Shown here piece after piece: positions 8,355 through 18,084 of a DNA stretch of 64,000 nucleotides. Position 1 is the first letter of the stretch. Each line of letters starts with the position of its first letter. A program made the position numbers and the translations under genes. Under the pieces are notes generated by a model. That model was not told the origin of the DNA. It saw nothing but the letters and a program-made list of their open reading frames with translations, and made no database searches. The stretch is from Planctomycetota bacterium. GTDB taxonomy: Bacteria; Planctomycetota; Brocadiia; JAADGH01. The stretch lies in the NCBI GenBank assembly GCA_040755855.1, contig JBFMAD010000040.1:999-64998 (forward strand), given 5' to 3'.

Positions 8355-10421
8355 CTACTCCTTCCGGCTACGTATTTCGTAAATGCGAAAATTGATCCCC
8401 CGCGCCGCGTCGCTGATCTCGGAATAGACCGTGTCGGTGACGGTGACGAAGCCGATGTTGTAGTTCTCCCCGTCGAAGCGCCCGGTGAGGGCCTGGTCAA
8501 CGTAGATGAACCAGTGCGCCCCGACGCACCAGGGCTGCTTCAGGGCCTCGGTGACGTATCCGACATACGCCTTACCCCGCTCCTCCTGGCTGGCCACGGG
8601 GCCGAGGCCCGTGTGGAACATGCCGCGGTCGAGGGCGCCGAAGTGGAACTCGCCGATGACGACGGGCCGGTCCAGCGCCGCAGCGCGTTTCGTCCGCTCG
8701 ACGAAGTCCTCCGGCTTGCAGTACCAGTTGTAGCAGCACACGTCGGCGAACTCCGCCTGGAGCTTCTCGACCACATCCGGGGCCTTCGAGGCGATCCGGC
8801 AGCCGAGGTAGAGCTGCTTCGGCGCGTGGCGCTTCATCGCGTCGCGGACCACGGTGAAGTAGCGCCGCGCGAAGTGGGTCGTGAAGTCAACGAAGTCGCC
8901 GCGCATGGCTTCGGTCGCTTCCTTCGGCAGTTCAACGGGGGCTTTTTCAAACTCCTCCCACGACACGGCCTTTATTCCCCATGCCTGGCTCATCTTCTCG
9001 ACGTCGCCGTACTTCTGCTTCAGGTGCGAGACGAACTCGCGCTTCGCTGCGAGCGCGCCGGGAGCGGCAAGGACGTTGCGAGGTAGGATGTATCCCTCCG
9101 TGTCCTCCCATCCTCCCCACGATAATTCGTTGTCCACGAAGTAGCCGATGCACCAGGGATCGTCGCGCCATTGCGATGTCCCCCTGGCGATGGCCGCCTC
9201 GACCGCAGGGGAGAACTTGTCGTCGAAGACGTCCACGATCTCCCTCCATCCGTTGTGGAACGCGGGTACGCCGCCGTAGTGGATCGGGACGGTGTATGGG
9301 ACTTTCCTCGCCCGGAAGACCTCGTCGGCCGACCAGTTGCCGACCGTGTTGAATCCCCACGTCCTCATGCGTTTGAACGTGACATCGAGCCAGGGGGGAA
9401 GCAGGTCCGCCCCGTATTTTCGGATCACGTTCATCTGGTAGAAGCTGAAGTAGCGATCCTTCCCATGAAAGATCTCGTGCGCAGCCTCGTTCGCCTGCGG
9501 GAGCCAGGTGAACATGTATTCACGGCCCCTCGTCGGCGTGCTCCCGTCGTTGCACCGGACGCAGTCCAGCCCCACCGACCAGAATAGATGCCCGCTCGGC
9601 GTGACAAGCCACCACTTGCCGTCCACCTTCTCGGCGCGGAAGAAGCCGGTCGCCTCGAGCTGCGGTCCCTTCGCCCAGCCGCCGTACTCGTCGCGGTCCT
9701 GTGGAACGGGCGCGGTATTCAGATATTCCGCCTCTTCGTCGCGGCGTTTTTCGAGGTCGCTCACTTCGTGCACCTTGCCCGGCCAGTCGGCGCCGGTGTA
9801 CTGACCGAAGCGGTCCACGATGCCCTCCATCCTCGGCGAGGGGGCGAGGCGGATGTTATCCAAGTAGAGCGTGTGCTCCTTGTCCGGTTTCGGGACGAAG
9901 ATCAGGAACTGGACGACGCGGGTCAGGTCAATCTCGCGCTTGTCGCGGGGAATGCCGATCATGCCCTGGATGGCCTGCGGCAGGCCGCGCATGTTGAACT
10001 CGTCGCAGCGCAGCGTGAAGAAGAGCGTCTTCGTCGCGCCTGCCGGGACCTCCGCGCCGCCCTGGATGCAGTGGATTCGGCCGTCGGCCTTCTTATCGTC
10101 GTCAATCCGGACGCAGACGCGCACATCCTCATTTTCAGGATTGTGAACATCGAAGAGGATCGAGCCGAAGGCGCTCCAGTCGGCGCGCTCAAATCCCTCG
10201 CCGGCATGGAAACTGATGCCGGGCCAAGCCACTTTCTCGAAATGGAGCTTCAAGGCATGTTGCCCGTCCGTGGCGTGCTCGGCAACGCGCTCACCCTTCG
10301 TGTTGTTGAACTTGATCTTCTGCAGGTCCGCTTCCGTTTCGAAGGACGTAATGTTCATGGTCTCGATCCCCATGGCCATAAGTGGGCAAAACAGCAATGC
10401 CATAACGATTTTTGTGAACAT
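8355..10421 (-). CDS. Secreted glycoside hydrolase: N-terminal CBM-like module plus a TIM barrel (GH42/GH50-like)
   Basis: Signal-like start MFTKIVMALLFCPLMAMG, with GGAGG 8 nt upstream; the track start is 10436. TIM-barrel blocks WGFNTVGNWS, DNELSWGG and VVIGEFHFGA are present. The GH family assignment is tentative. Confidence 0.75.
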   Translation of the reverse strand: MFTKIVMALLFCPLMAMGIETMNITSFETEADLQKIKFNNTKGERVAEHATDGQHALKLHFEKVAWPGISFHAGEGFERADWSAFGSILFDVHNPENEDVRVCVRIDDDKKADGRIHCIQGGAEVPAGATKTLFFTLRCDEFNMRGLPQAIQGMIGIPRDKREIDLTRVVQFLIFVPKPDKEHTLYLDNIRLAPSPRMEGIVDRFGQYTGADWPGKVHEVSDLEKRRDEEAEYLNTAPVPQDRDEYGGWAKGPQLEATGFFRAEKVDGKWWLVTPSGHLFWSVGLDCVRCNDGSTPTRGREYMFTWLPQANEAAHEIFHGKDRYFSFYQMNVIRKYGADLLPPWLDVTFKRMRTWGFNTVGNWSADEVFRARKVPYTVPIHYGGVPAFHNGWREIVDVFDDKFSPAVEAAIARGTSQWRDDPWCIGYFVDNELSWGGWEDTEGYILPRNVLAAPGALAAKREFVSHLKQKYGDVEKMSQAWGIKAVSWEEFEKAPVELPKEATEAMRGDFVDFTTHFARRYFTVVRDAMKRHAPKQLYLGCRIASKAPDVVEKLQAEFADVCCYNWYCKPEDFVERTKRAAALDRPVVIGEFHFGALDRGMFHTGLGPVASQEERGKAYVGYVTEALKQPWCVGAHWFIYVDQALTGRFDGENYNIGFVTVTDTVYSEISDAARGINFRIYEIRSRKE

Positions 10422-10448
10422 TCCTTGGGCCTCCATAGGTTTGCGCGT

Positions 10449-10961
10449 CTATTCCGGTTCCTTGCCTCTCTTCGCCCACGCCGGCACAGTGGCGGATGGG
10501 ATCGAGTCGGTTGGTATGTACGGCTTCAGGTCGAGGATCGGCGTGTCGGGGAAGGCGTCAATCGTGTCAACCTCGACGATATTATCCTTCACGGACACGA
10601 TCTTGCACACCGACAGGGCGATCAGGTTGGGCCGCACGGGCGCGCGCGTGGCGAAAACTCCCGTGAGGGGGTTCGCCTTGTCGTTGCGCGGGTGGACCTG
10701 GAGTATGGCCCGCCGCTCGGGCGTGTCGTTCTTGTCGAACCAGTATAGGACGATAACGTGCGAGAAGCCGTCCAGGCCGAGGAGGCCGGGGGCATACTTC
10801 TCTTTGAGAACAAGCCTGGCGCTCTTGTCATCCTTCTTCACCGTTCCGATAGGATACACAGAATACATGGTCCCTTCTCCTGCTTCCTGGGCGGACAATG
10901 GCGCGAAAGCGACGAGATAAATCGAGAGCGCAACAAAAAGCAAACGCCGCATGATCGCCAT
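10449..10961 (-). CDS. TrmO/TsaA-like domain protein, possibly with an N-terminal signal peptide
   Basis: TsaA blocks PIGTVKK..., GLDGFSHVIVLYWFD, ATRAPVRPNLIALSVCKIVSV and DTPILDLKPYIP. The long form starts MAIMRRLLFVALSIYLVAFAPLSAQEA (Sec-signal-like). An internal ATG at 10868 (MYSVYPIG...) has AGGAGA upstream and would give a cytoplasmic form. Confidence 0.8.
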   Translation of the reverse strand: MAIMRRLLFVALSIYLVAFAPLSAQEAGEGTMYSVYPIGTVKKDDKSARLVLKEKYAPGLLGLDGFSHVIVLYWFDKNDTPERRAILQVHPRNDKANPLTGVFATRAPVRPNLIALSVCKIVSVKDNIVEVDTIDAFPDTPILDLKPYIPTDSIPSATVPAWAKRGKEPE

Positions 10962-11133
10962 CGTCTTTTCTCCAAAGATATCAAACCTTCTGTACGAAGG
11001 TATCGCGCCCTCCGAGCGTTGTCAAGGGATGGGTTCTGAAAATTTCTTTCTTTTCCCTCCCGCTTCTGTTATCTTTTGCTTTTTGTTGCAGAAACAGCAA
11101 TGAATAACAGGCCCGGCGAAGAAGGAGAAGGAT

Positions 11134-11916
11134 ATGCGGTTGGGGATGGTGACGTATCAAGTGGCCGCCGAGTGGAACATTGAGACCATTATTCAGAAAT
11201 GTGAAGCGACGGGCTTCGAGGGCGTCGAGCTGCGAACGACCCACGCCCACGGCGTCGAGATCGCCATGGCCCAGGCGAAGCGGCAGGAAGTCAAGAAACG
11301 CTTCGACGACTCGAAGGTCAGGCTCTGGGGTCTGGGCACGACGTGCGAGTTCCACGCCGTCGAGATGGCCCAGGTGAAGAAGAACGTCGAGGAAGCGAAG
11401 GAGTTCATCCTGCTCGCGGTGGAAGTTGGCGCCGTCGGGATCAAGGTCCGCCCCAACGGCCTTCAGGAGAAGGCGGGCATCCCGAAGGAAAAGACCCTCG
11501 AACAGATCGGCAGGGCCTACCGCGAGGTGGGCCAGTTCGGCAAAGATCACGGCATCGAGTGCTGGATGGAGGTCCACGGCAAGGACACCTGCCTTCCGGC
11601 GAACATGAAGGTCATCATTGACGCGGCCGACCACGACAACTGCCTCGTCTGCTGGAACTCGAACATGGCCGACCGCGACGCGAACGGGAAGATTGACGAC
11701 AATTTCGCATTGCTGAAAAATAAGATCTCGTCCTGCCACATCACGGAGCTGGCCAACCGAGACTATCCGTGGCGGCGGCTGTTCACGCTCCTCAAGGAGG
11801 CCGGCTACGGAGATCGCTTCACGCTCTTTGAAGGAAAAGGTACCACCGACCCCGACCGCTTCCTGCCCTACTATCGGGCATTGTGGCGGGAACTAACGGG
11901 CGACCCCGCGCCATAA
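11134..11916 (+). CDS. Sugar phosphate isomerase/epimerase (xylose-isomerase-like TIM barrel)
   Basis: GAAGGAGAAGG SD, then FEGVELRTTHAHGVE...EVHG... Length and pattern are typical of the AP-endonuclease-2/XylA-like TIM family. Confidence 0.8.
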   Translation: MRLGMVTYQVAAEWNIETIIQKCEATGFEGVELRTTHAHGVEIAMAQAKRQEVKKRFDDSKVRLWGLGTTCEFHAVEMAQVKKNVEEAKEFILLAVEVGAVGIKVRPNGLQEKAGIPKEKTLEQIGRAYREVGQFGKDHGIECWMEVHGKDTCLPANMKVIIDAADHDNCLVCWNSNMADRDANGKIDDNFALLKNKISSCHITELANRDYPWRRLFTLLKEAGYGDRFTLFEGKGTTDPDRFLPYYRALWRELTGDPAP

Positions 11917-11964
11917 GGATTGGCTGACAGATCAGGCAAGGAAAGGCCGAGAAACGTTCCATAG

Positions 11965-13245
11965 ATGCGAATCAGACTCGACTACCACCGCCAGGGCCTT
12001 GAGATAGAGGTCCCCGACTCCAATCTGATGGCTGTTCTCTCCATGAATCGGGCGGAACCCCTGGACGATCCCATCCAGGAGGTCCTCCGGACTATCCGCG
12101 ATCCCATCGGCTCGCCCCCCCTCCAGAAGGTCGCCGCCGGAAAGAGGACGGCGTGCATCGTCATCTCCGATGTCACCCGCCCTGTGCCCAACAGGCTGCT
12201 CCTCCCACCGATTCTTGGCGTACTGGAAGCCTCCGGGATTGAGCGGGATAACATCGTCATCCTCGTCGGTACCGGGCTGCATCGTCCCAACGAGGGTGCG
12301 GAGTTGGCCGAGGTAGCCGGGCGAAGGATTGTGGGGGCATATCGTTTCGTCAACCACGTCGCCCGCGACATGGCCGGACAGCAATACCTCGGCCAGACGC
12401 CCCGCGGCATCCCCGTCCACATAGACAAGACCTACATGGCCGCCGACCTCAAGATCGTCACCGGCCTCATCGAGCCGCACCTCATGGCCGGCTACTCCGG
12501 CGGGCGGAAGGGCGTCCTGCCCGGCATCGCGGGATTGGATTCCATCCGCGCCTGGCACAGCCCTAAAATCCTCGAGTCGCCGAAGGCCACGCAGGGAATC
12601 ATCGAGGGCAACCCCGTCCACGAGGAGTCCCTGGCCGCCGCGAAGATGGCCGGAGTGGATTTCATCGTCAACACGGTCCTGAATGAAAAGCGCCAGATGC
12701 TCGGCGTCTTCTCCGGCAATCTTGAGGCCGCCTTCGCCGAGGGCGTGAAGTTCTGCGACAGGATCGTCAAGGCGGAGCTGCCGCAGCGGGCGGATATCGT
12801 GATCACATCCTCGGCCGGCTACCCCCTCGATACGACCTATTACCAGGCGTGCAAGGGCCTCGTCGGGGCGTTGCCGGCTGTGAAAAAGGGCGGCACGATC
12901 ATCATGGCGGCGGGCATGGCCAGCGGCATCGGCGGGCCGGAGTTCACCCGCCTTGTCCTGGAGACGCAATCGCTCGAACAGTTCATGCAGGACATCCGCC
13001 GCGACGACTACTTCGTGATTGACCAGTGGCAGTTGGAGGAGACCGGCATGGTGGCCCGGCACGCAGAGATGTGGCTCTACTCCGACGGCCTGCCGAAGGA
13101 GACGCAGGCGAAACTCTTCATGAAACCGCTCGACTCTGTCGAACAGGGCATCGAGATGGCGCTGGCGAAGCACGGTCCCGATGCGAAGATCGCCGTGATC
13201 CCCAAGGGGCCCTATGTCATTCCGTTCGTGAAGGAATCCCCGTAA
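11965..13245 (+). CDS. Nickel-dependent lactate racemase family protein (LarA/DUF2088)
   Basis: Family blocks ACIVISDVTRPVPN, LVGTGLHRPN and GLIEPHLMAGYSGGRKGVLPGIAG; about 425 aa, as for LarA. Confidence 0.85.
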   Translation: MRIRLDYHRQGLEIEVPDSNLMAVLSMNRAEPLDDPIQEVLRTIRDPIGSPPLQKVAAGKRTACIVISDVTRPVPNRLLLPPILGVLEASGIERDNIVILVGTGLHRPNEGAELAEVAGRRIVGAYRFVNHVARDMAGQQYLGQTPRGIPVHIDKTYMAADLKIVTGLIEPHLMAGYSGGRKGVLPGIAGLDSIRAWHSPKILESPKATQGIIEGNPVHEESLAAAKMAGVDFIVNTVLNEKRQMLGVFSGNLEAAFAEGVKFCDRIVKAELPQRADIVITSSAGYPLDTTYYQACKGLVGALPAVKKGGTIIMAAGMASGIGGPEFTRLVLETQSLEQFMQDIRRDDYFVIDQWQLEETGMVARHAEMWLYSDGLPKETQAKLFMKPLDSVEQGIEMALAKHGPDAKIAVIPKGPYVIPFVKESP

Positions 13246-13251
13246 AGCCCT

Positions 13252-15087
13252 TCAGAACTCCGCCACGACACAGGCGTTGATCTGGAAGTCGGGAACGCGG
13301 AAGGACATGCCGTCGTTCTCCGGTTTCAGATCGGCACCGGCTATCGCCTCGACGACGCGCCTCGGCGCGCCGAGGGATTTGTCGAATGTTACGGTCACGC
13401 TCGTGCACGGCGGCGGGGGCGCGCTGGCGTTCGCCTTTGGATCCGGTTCGCGCGTCGGGCGGAACCAGCCCCAGGTGTTCGTCAGGCAGATCGCCAAGCG
13501 CTTGCCGTCGGGCCGCCGATAGCATACCGCGTGCATCGCCTTCGGGCCTGTGATCCGGATCGGCGGGGCGGGGGCTTTCTGACCGATTGTCTCCGACATC
13601 GCCTTCATCAGTTCGGCCTTTTTCGCGGTCGTGTTCCACCCGGCCTTCGGGTCGAGCCGGACCACGACACCCCCGGCCTTCTCGAATGTCGCCACAGTCG
13701 TCCGCTCCTTCTCAGTCAACTCATCGGACCAGGGAAGGATGAGCACCTTTGTGTCCGTCGGAAGCCCCTCGGCCAGGGCCTGGTCGCTGACTGTGACCCA
13801 GGGCACGTGCGCCTCCTTCAACGCCTGGCACACGCCGAGGGCCGGGGAGAAGACCTCCCGCCACATCTGCTTCATGTCGGCCAGGCGCGCGTTGCGCGAG
13901 CGCTCGCTGATGTGCAGCGCCGCCCAGGGGATGGGCCGGGCGTGCTTCAGATAGGGCGAGACCTTGTCCCCCATCGCGAAGGTGGATGCGAAGACCGGCT
14001 TCCACTTCGCCCCGTCCTCCTGCGGATCGCGGATCGGCACGTTCATCGCCGCGACACATCCATATGTCACCGCGGCTGCGGCGGAAGAGAGCGACTCCCG
14101 CTCGGTTCGGATGAATGGGATCCACATGTGCGGAGGGCGGCCGGCCGAGCAGTCGCGGACGACGGACCAGCCGAGGGCCAGTTGATCGTCCCACGCCGGC
14201 TCGGCGAAGTCCGCCTCGTCCTTCATCGCGGTCGTCCTGTCGCCGAAGGGCTTGTGGTACTCCGTGCCCGACACGGGCGAGATGGCCGGCAGGTCCGCAC
14301 TGATGTGCGGGGAGTAGTACATCGGATACCGCGAGCTCTTGATGACGAACAGGACGTTGGGGTGGCGCTCCCCGACGGCGGCCCGCCAGTCCTGAAACGT
14401 CCGGACCATGGTGCGGTTGACAAAGGCCACCGCCTCCATGTAGCCGGGCGATCCCACGGCGGCGGTCGGGTCCATGTCGCGGCCCGTCTCTGAGCGGAAG
14501 GCCTTCTTGCAGTATTCGCAAACGCAGATATCCGGCATGTGCCAGCAGTCGAAGTAGATGCCGTCCACGCCGCGCTCGGCCAGCTCGACGACGCGCGTCC
14601 GGATGTAGTCGCGGTAGGGCGAGTTCATGCAGATAACATAGATGGTTTTCTTTTTCCCGCGCGGTTCAAGGCAGGGCTTGCCGTTGGGGTGCTTGCACAC
14701 CCAGTCGGGATGCTGCGTCTGCATGGCGTTGTCGGACATGTGGCGGAAGTAGGCGATGACCTTCATGCCGTCCCCATGAACCACCTTGACGATCTCCGCC
14801 GCGACGTCACGGTCGCCGATCAGAGGATTCACCTCGCCCACCTTGCTCGGCCACCAGGCCCCTTCGTCACGGTTGAGGAAGATGCGGCAGAGGACGTTCG
14901 CCCCCAGGCCGCGGCAGGCCCTCGTGTGCGCCTCGGCGGTCATCCGGAGCAGCAGCTCAAGGGGATGCTCGCTGTGGCACTGCACGCGGTTGCCTTCATA
15001 CCAGTCCGGCAGGACAATGGTTTCGTCGGCCATAGCGCACGTTCCTCCCATGATGATGGCAAGAATAATTGTCAAGCCAAATCGCAC
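13252..15087 (-). CDS. Secreted glycoside-hydrolase-like TIM-barrel protein with a C-terminal GH42-middle/GATase1-like domain
   Basis: GTG start with AAGGAG 8 nt upstream and signal-like MRFGLTIILAIIMGGTCAMA. Block IAYFRHMSDNAMQTQHPDWVCKHPNGKP...GVDGIYFDCWHMP. C-terminal KVLILPWSDELTEKERTTVATFEKAGGVVV. Family assignment is tentative. Confidence 0.75.
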   Translation of the reverse strand: MRFGLTIILAIIMGGTCAMADETIVLPDWYEGNRVQCHSEHPLELLLRMTAEAHTRACRGLGANVLCRIFLNRDEGAWWPSKVGEVNPLIGDRDVAAEIVKVVHGDGMKVIAYFRHMSDNAMQTQHPDWVCKHPNGKPCLEPRGKKKTIYVICMNSPYRDYIRTRVVELAERGVDGIYFDCWHMPDICVCEYCKKAFRSETGRDMDPTAAVGSPGYMEAVAFVNRTMVRTFQDWRAAVGERHPNVLFVIKSSRYPMYYSPHISADLPAISPVSGTEYHKPFGDRTTAMKDEADFAEPAWDDQLALGWSVVRDCSAGRPPHMWIPFIRTERESLSSAAAAVTYGCVAAMNVPIRDPQEDGAKWKPVFASTFAMGDKVSPYLKHARPIPWAALHISERSRNARLADMKQMWREVFSPALGVCQALKEAHVPWVTVSDQALAEGLPTDTKVLILPWSDELTEKERTTVATFEKAGGVVVRLDPKAGWNTTAKKAELMKAMSETIGQKAPAPPIRITGPKAMHAVCYRRPDGKRLAICLTNTWGWFRPTREPDPKANASAPPPPCTSVTVTFDKSLGAPRRVVEAIAGADLKPENDGMSFRVPDFQINACVVAEF

Positions 15088-17930
15088 TATTTGCTCTCCT
15101 TCTTGGGTTGGATGATGAGGATACCTCGCGCCATGAGCGTCCCCTCGATGGTCGCATATCCGTCGTCGGATACCGCCGCAAGTTTGTCTTCGCTGTCAAT
15201 GGTTTTCACGTCGTACTTGCCCGCGGGCAGGTGGATCTTCACCTTCGCGGAGCGATGGGCGAAGACGGCATAACCCCGCTCGCACTCCCACGTCGTGCCG
15301 AAGGAGGTCTCCCGAACGCGAATCGGGAAGCCGACGGTGTCGTGAATCTCATTCATCACATGATTGATGTGCGACGCCGTCTGCGTGATCTTGTCCTCTG
15401 CATTGCACAGCAGCCGCGGGTCCTGGAACATGGCGCAGTTGTAGGACAGCAACCGAAACAGATCGAGGTCGAACAGTCCGTTCTCGGCATAGGCGAATGG
15501 CGTGGTGTTGAACAGGACGAACTCGTTGCCCTGCAAAGGCCCGTAGCGATCCTGCCGATACCAGAAGGAATCCAACGCCACGGGCGACTGCCCTTCGATC
15601 CATGTAACGTACCCAAGGTCCTGGATCGCCTTCACATACTTGATGGCCTCGACGACCGTGGGCCTGGGTTCGGGTTCTGCGAAGTTGATGTATTCGTTCG
15701 GCATGGTCCACGAATCGAGCCAGACGCCGTCCATGCCGGTCGGTTCCTTCAGTTCCTTGTACTTGGCGAGGGAGTAGTCCCACCAGCCGGACCGCAGGTC
15801 GAGGGCGAAGAGGTCCGGGTAGCCCGTCGGCTGCGGCTTGCCGTCGCGCCCGCGGACGACCCAGTCGGGGTGCTCGGTCAGCACCGGAAATTTCTTGTTG
15901 TTCGCCCAGGCCGATGCGCAGTAGAAATAGACCTCCATCCCCGCCTCGTGCGCTTTGTCGCAGAGGTACTTCAGCGCCTCGACGCCGCCGTGTTCCTCGT
16001 TCATCGGCTCGTGCACGTAGCAGATGCCGCAGTCGAAGCGCTTGAAGCCGAGGCGCTTCGCCAGCGGGATCAGGGTGTCGGCATAGCGCCGTAAATTGAC
16101 GAAGCCCATGATGTTGAATCGCATCATGGCCGTCGGCCGGGGGTGCATAGCCCTGAGGCCGAAATCCGCTCGATACTTGGCGCGGATGAAATCGTAGGCC
16201 GCCATCCAGAGGTTGCGGTCCATCGGCGCCTTTGAGTAGAGATACCAGAGCGTCGGAGTCTCTACGATCCCCTTTCGCCGGCCGACGTTGATCTTGTTCA
16301 CCATCTGGATGTAGCCGCTTCCCGCCTGGTTGCCCAGCCAGCTCGCGATGCCTGCGGGTGTATCGGCGTAGCACCAGAGCGCGCCGACGGGGCTGCCCAT
16401 CATTTGGAACGGCTGGCCGCTGCTGAACCATCGGAAGTGCCCGGCGTCCTGGGATTTCGCATCTGTGAAATGCGTCTCGCCATAGCCTCGCGGCTGGCTG
16501 TAGCAGCCTGTGCGGAAGGTGAAGCACCCCTCCACCTGCCCGCCCAGGGCCCATCGGTGGCGCGGGGTAATGTGCTCGACGAAGAGACGCGGACTTGTCA
16601 AGACGAACGACTCCCCCACGCCCCGCCACTCCACGCCGTCCACCATCATCGTCCTCGGACGGAAGCGCCACAGCAGGTCGCCCTCCGGCTGGTCGTTGAC
16701 GAGCAACTGAAATGTTACATCCACCCCTTGCTCGACGACGGCATGGCGCAGGTATCGGAGGGTCTGCTTTCCCGCCCCCGGTTGGGGCAGGGCCTCCTCC
16801 AGCACGGCGAACTCCCCGCCGTCGGCGTTGGTCATCTTCGCCTCGGCCGCGCCGGAGTGGAGGATGTGCGGCGTATCGTCCACGGGGTCCTTCGCCAGCA
16901 CCAGGCCATCCTTCGTGCGATAGCCGACCATGCCACGCTTGTCTATTCGGGCAATCATGCCATTGCCGAATGCGACGACAAGCATGGCGTCCGATTCCTC
17001 GATCCTCGGCGGTTCGGTGATCGTATGGACTACCATCCTGCGCTTCTCGCCGAGGCGCACCTCATGGACCTCCGGGCCGGGCGGCGCGATCGGCGTAAGG
17101 ACAGGGTTGTTCACATGCTCCGCCGCACCGGGGATCGTGTCGCGTTCGTACTGCCAGAACCAGAGCCGGTCGGCGATGGGCGCGACCTTGTCCCTGGGGA
17201 CCGGGTCCATCCCGGCCGCCCAGCGCCCCCACTGACCGAAGACCGCCGGCGACCACTCCCACCGCTCGAAGTCCTTGCCTGTCGTGAACGTCCACAGCGA
17301 GTTGAGGCAGATCACGCGGCCCTTGCCGCACTGCCACGCGATAAGGAATGGATAGGACTTATCGGCGTAGCGCGCCGGGACCTCCATCAGCACCTGCGCG
17401 CCAGGCTTGGCCTCAATTTTGTTGAATGAGTTCCACTTCGACCCGAACGTCGGCCAGTCCGTTGGCAAACCAGTCAAGGCCGGATGGTCCGGCATCGTGA
17501 CTGCAGGACGGAAAACCATAGGTCCCGCGGCAGGGCCGGTTGTCACCGGCAGGATGTCCCCCAGCACGCTGCCGCTTTCGGCGATGACCGCGACGAGTCC
17601 GCCGCCCTGCCGGACGAACTCCTTCAGGCCCTCGATCTGTTCCTTCGACAGGAGTTTGGCGATGCCGCCCTCGCGTCCGAAGCCGCCGAAGAAGACGACG
17701 TCGAAACGCTTCCGAAATTCGTCGGCGGATTTCGGCGCGTCGGCGATGCGCTCCTTGTTGATCTGAGTTGCATCGAACCCCGCCTCCTTGAGAGCGAAGA
17801 GCGTCAGCTCATGTTGTGCGGAGGATGCCTGCTGCAGGAGCAGGGCGCGGGGCTTTTGCCTAACATCGGCCAATCCGAGGAAGGAAGGCATTAGGCACAA
17901 GCAAAGGGCGGCAGAAACGAGATTGCGCAT
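15087..17930 (-). CDS. Large secreted protein: N-terminal GATase1/ThuA-like domain plus a C-terminal GH-like TIM barrel
   Basis: Signal MRNLVSAALCLCLMPSFLGLA. N-terminal FDVVFFGGFG...LKEFVRQGGGLVAVIA. C-terminal MEVYFYCASAWANN...EHPDWVVRGRDGKP...MDGVWLDSW. Its TAG (15089..15087) shares one nucleotide with the GTG start of the downstream gene. Confidence 0.75.
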   Translation of the reverse strand: MRNLVSAALCLCLMPSFLGLADVRQKPRALLLQQASSAQHELTLFALKEAGFDATQINKERIADAPKSADEFRKRFDVVFFGGFGREGGIAKLLSKEQIEGLKEFVRQGGGLVAVIAESGSVLGDILPVTTGPAAGPMVFRPAVTMPDHPALTGLPTDWPTFGSKWNSFNKIEAKPGAQVLMEVPARYADKSYPFLIAWQCGKGRVICLNSLWTFTTGKDFERWEWSPAVFGQWGRWAAGMDPVPRDKVAPIADRLWFWQYERDTIPGAAEHVNNPVLTPIAPPGPEVHEVRLGEKRRMVVHTITEPPRIEESDAMLVVAFGNGMIARIDKRGMVGYRTKDGLVLAKDPVDDTPHILHSGAAEAKMTNADGGEFAVLEEALPQPGAGKQTLRYLRHAVVEQGVDVTFQLLVNDQPEGDLLWRFRPRTMMVDGVEWRGVGESFVLTSPRLFVEHITPRHRWALGGQVEGCFTFRTGCYSQPRGYGETHFTDAKSQDAGHFRWFSSGQPFQMMGSPVGALWCYADTPAGIASWLGNQAGSGYIQMVNKINVGRRKGIVETPTLWYLYSKAPMDRNLWMAAYDFIRAKYRADFGLRAMHPRPTAMMRFNIMGFVNLRRYADTLIPLAKRLGFKRFDCGICYVHEPMNEEHGGVEALKYLCDKAHEAGMEVYFYCASAWANNKKFPVLTEHPDWVVRGRDGKPQPTGYPDLFALDLRSGWWDYSLAKYKELKEPTGMDGVWLDSWTMPNEYINFAEPEPRPTVVEAIKYVKAIQDLGYVTWIEGQSPVALDSFWYRQDRYGPLQGNEFVLFNTTPFAYAENGLFDLDLFRLLSYNCAMFQDPRLLCNAEDKITQTASHINHVMNEIHDTVGFPIRVRETSFGTTWECERGYAVFAHRSAKVKIHLPAGKYDVKTIDSEDKLAAVSDDGYATIEGTLMARGILIIQPKKESK

Positions 17931-18017
17931 TTCCTTGGTTCTCCGTGAGGCAACGGGCCCATCCGCCTACACGATAGCACAAATGGCGCGGCGGATCAAA
18001 TCGAATGGCGCTTGACG

Positions 18018-18046
18018 TTGACCCCCAACCAGGAAGTCCGTATAAT
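18018..18046 (+). promoter_or_regulatory. Sigma70-type promoter: TTGACC, 17-nt spacer, TATAAT
   Basis: ttgacc at 18018-18023, an exact 17-nt spacer and tataat at 18041-18046, about 40 nt upstream of the ATG at 18085, in a divergent intergenic region. Confidence 0.6.
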
Positions 18047-18084
18047 CCCTGGAGTCCTGGAGACCCAACGCGGGAGAGATATTC

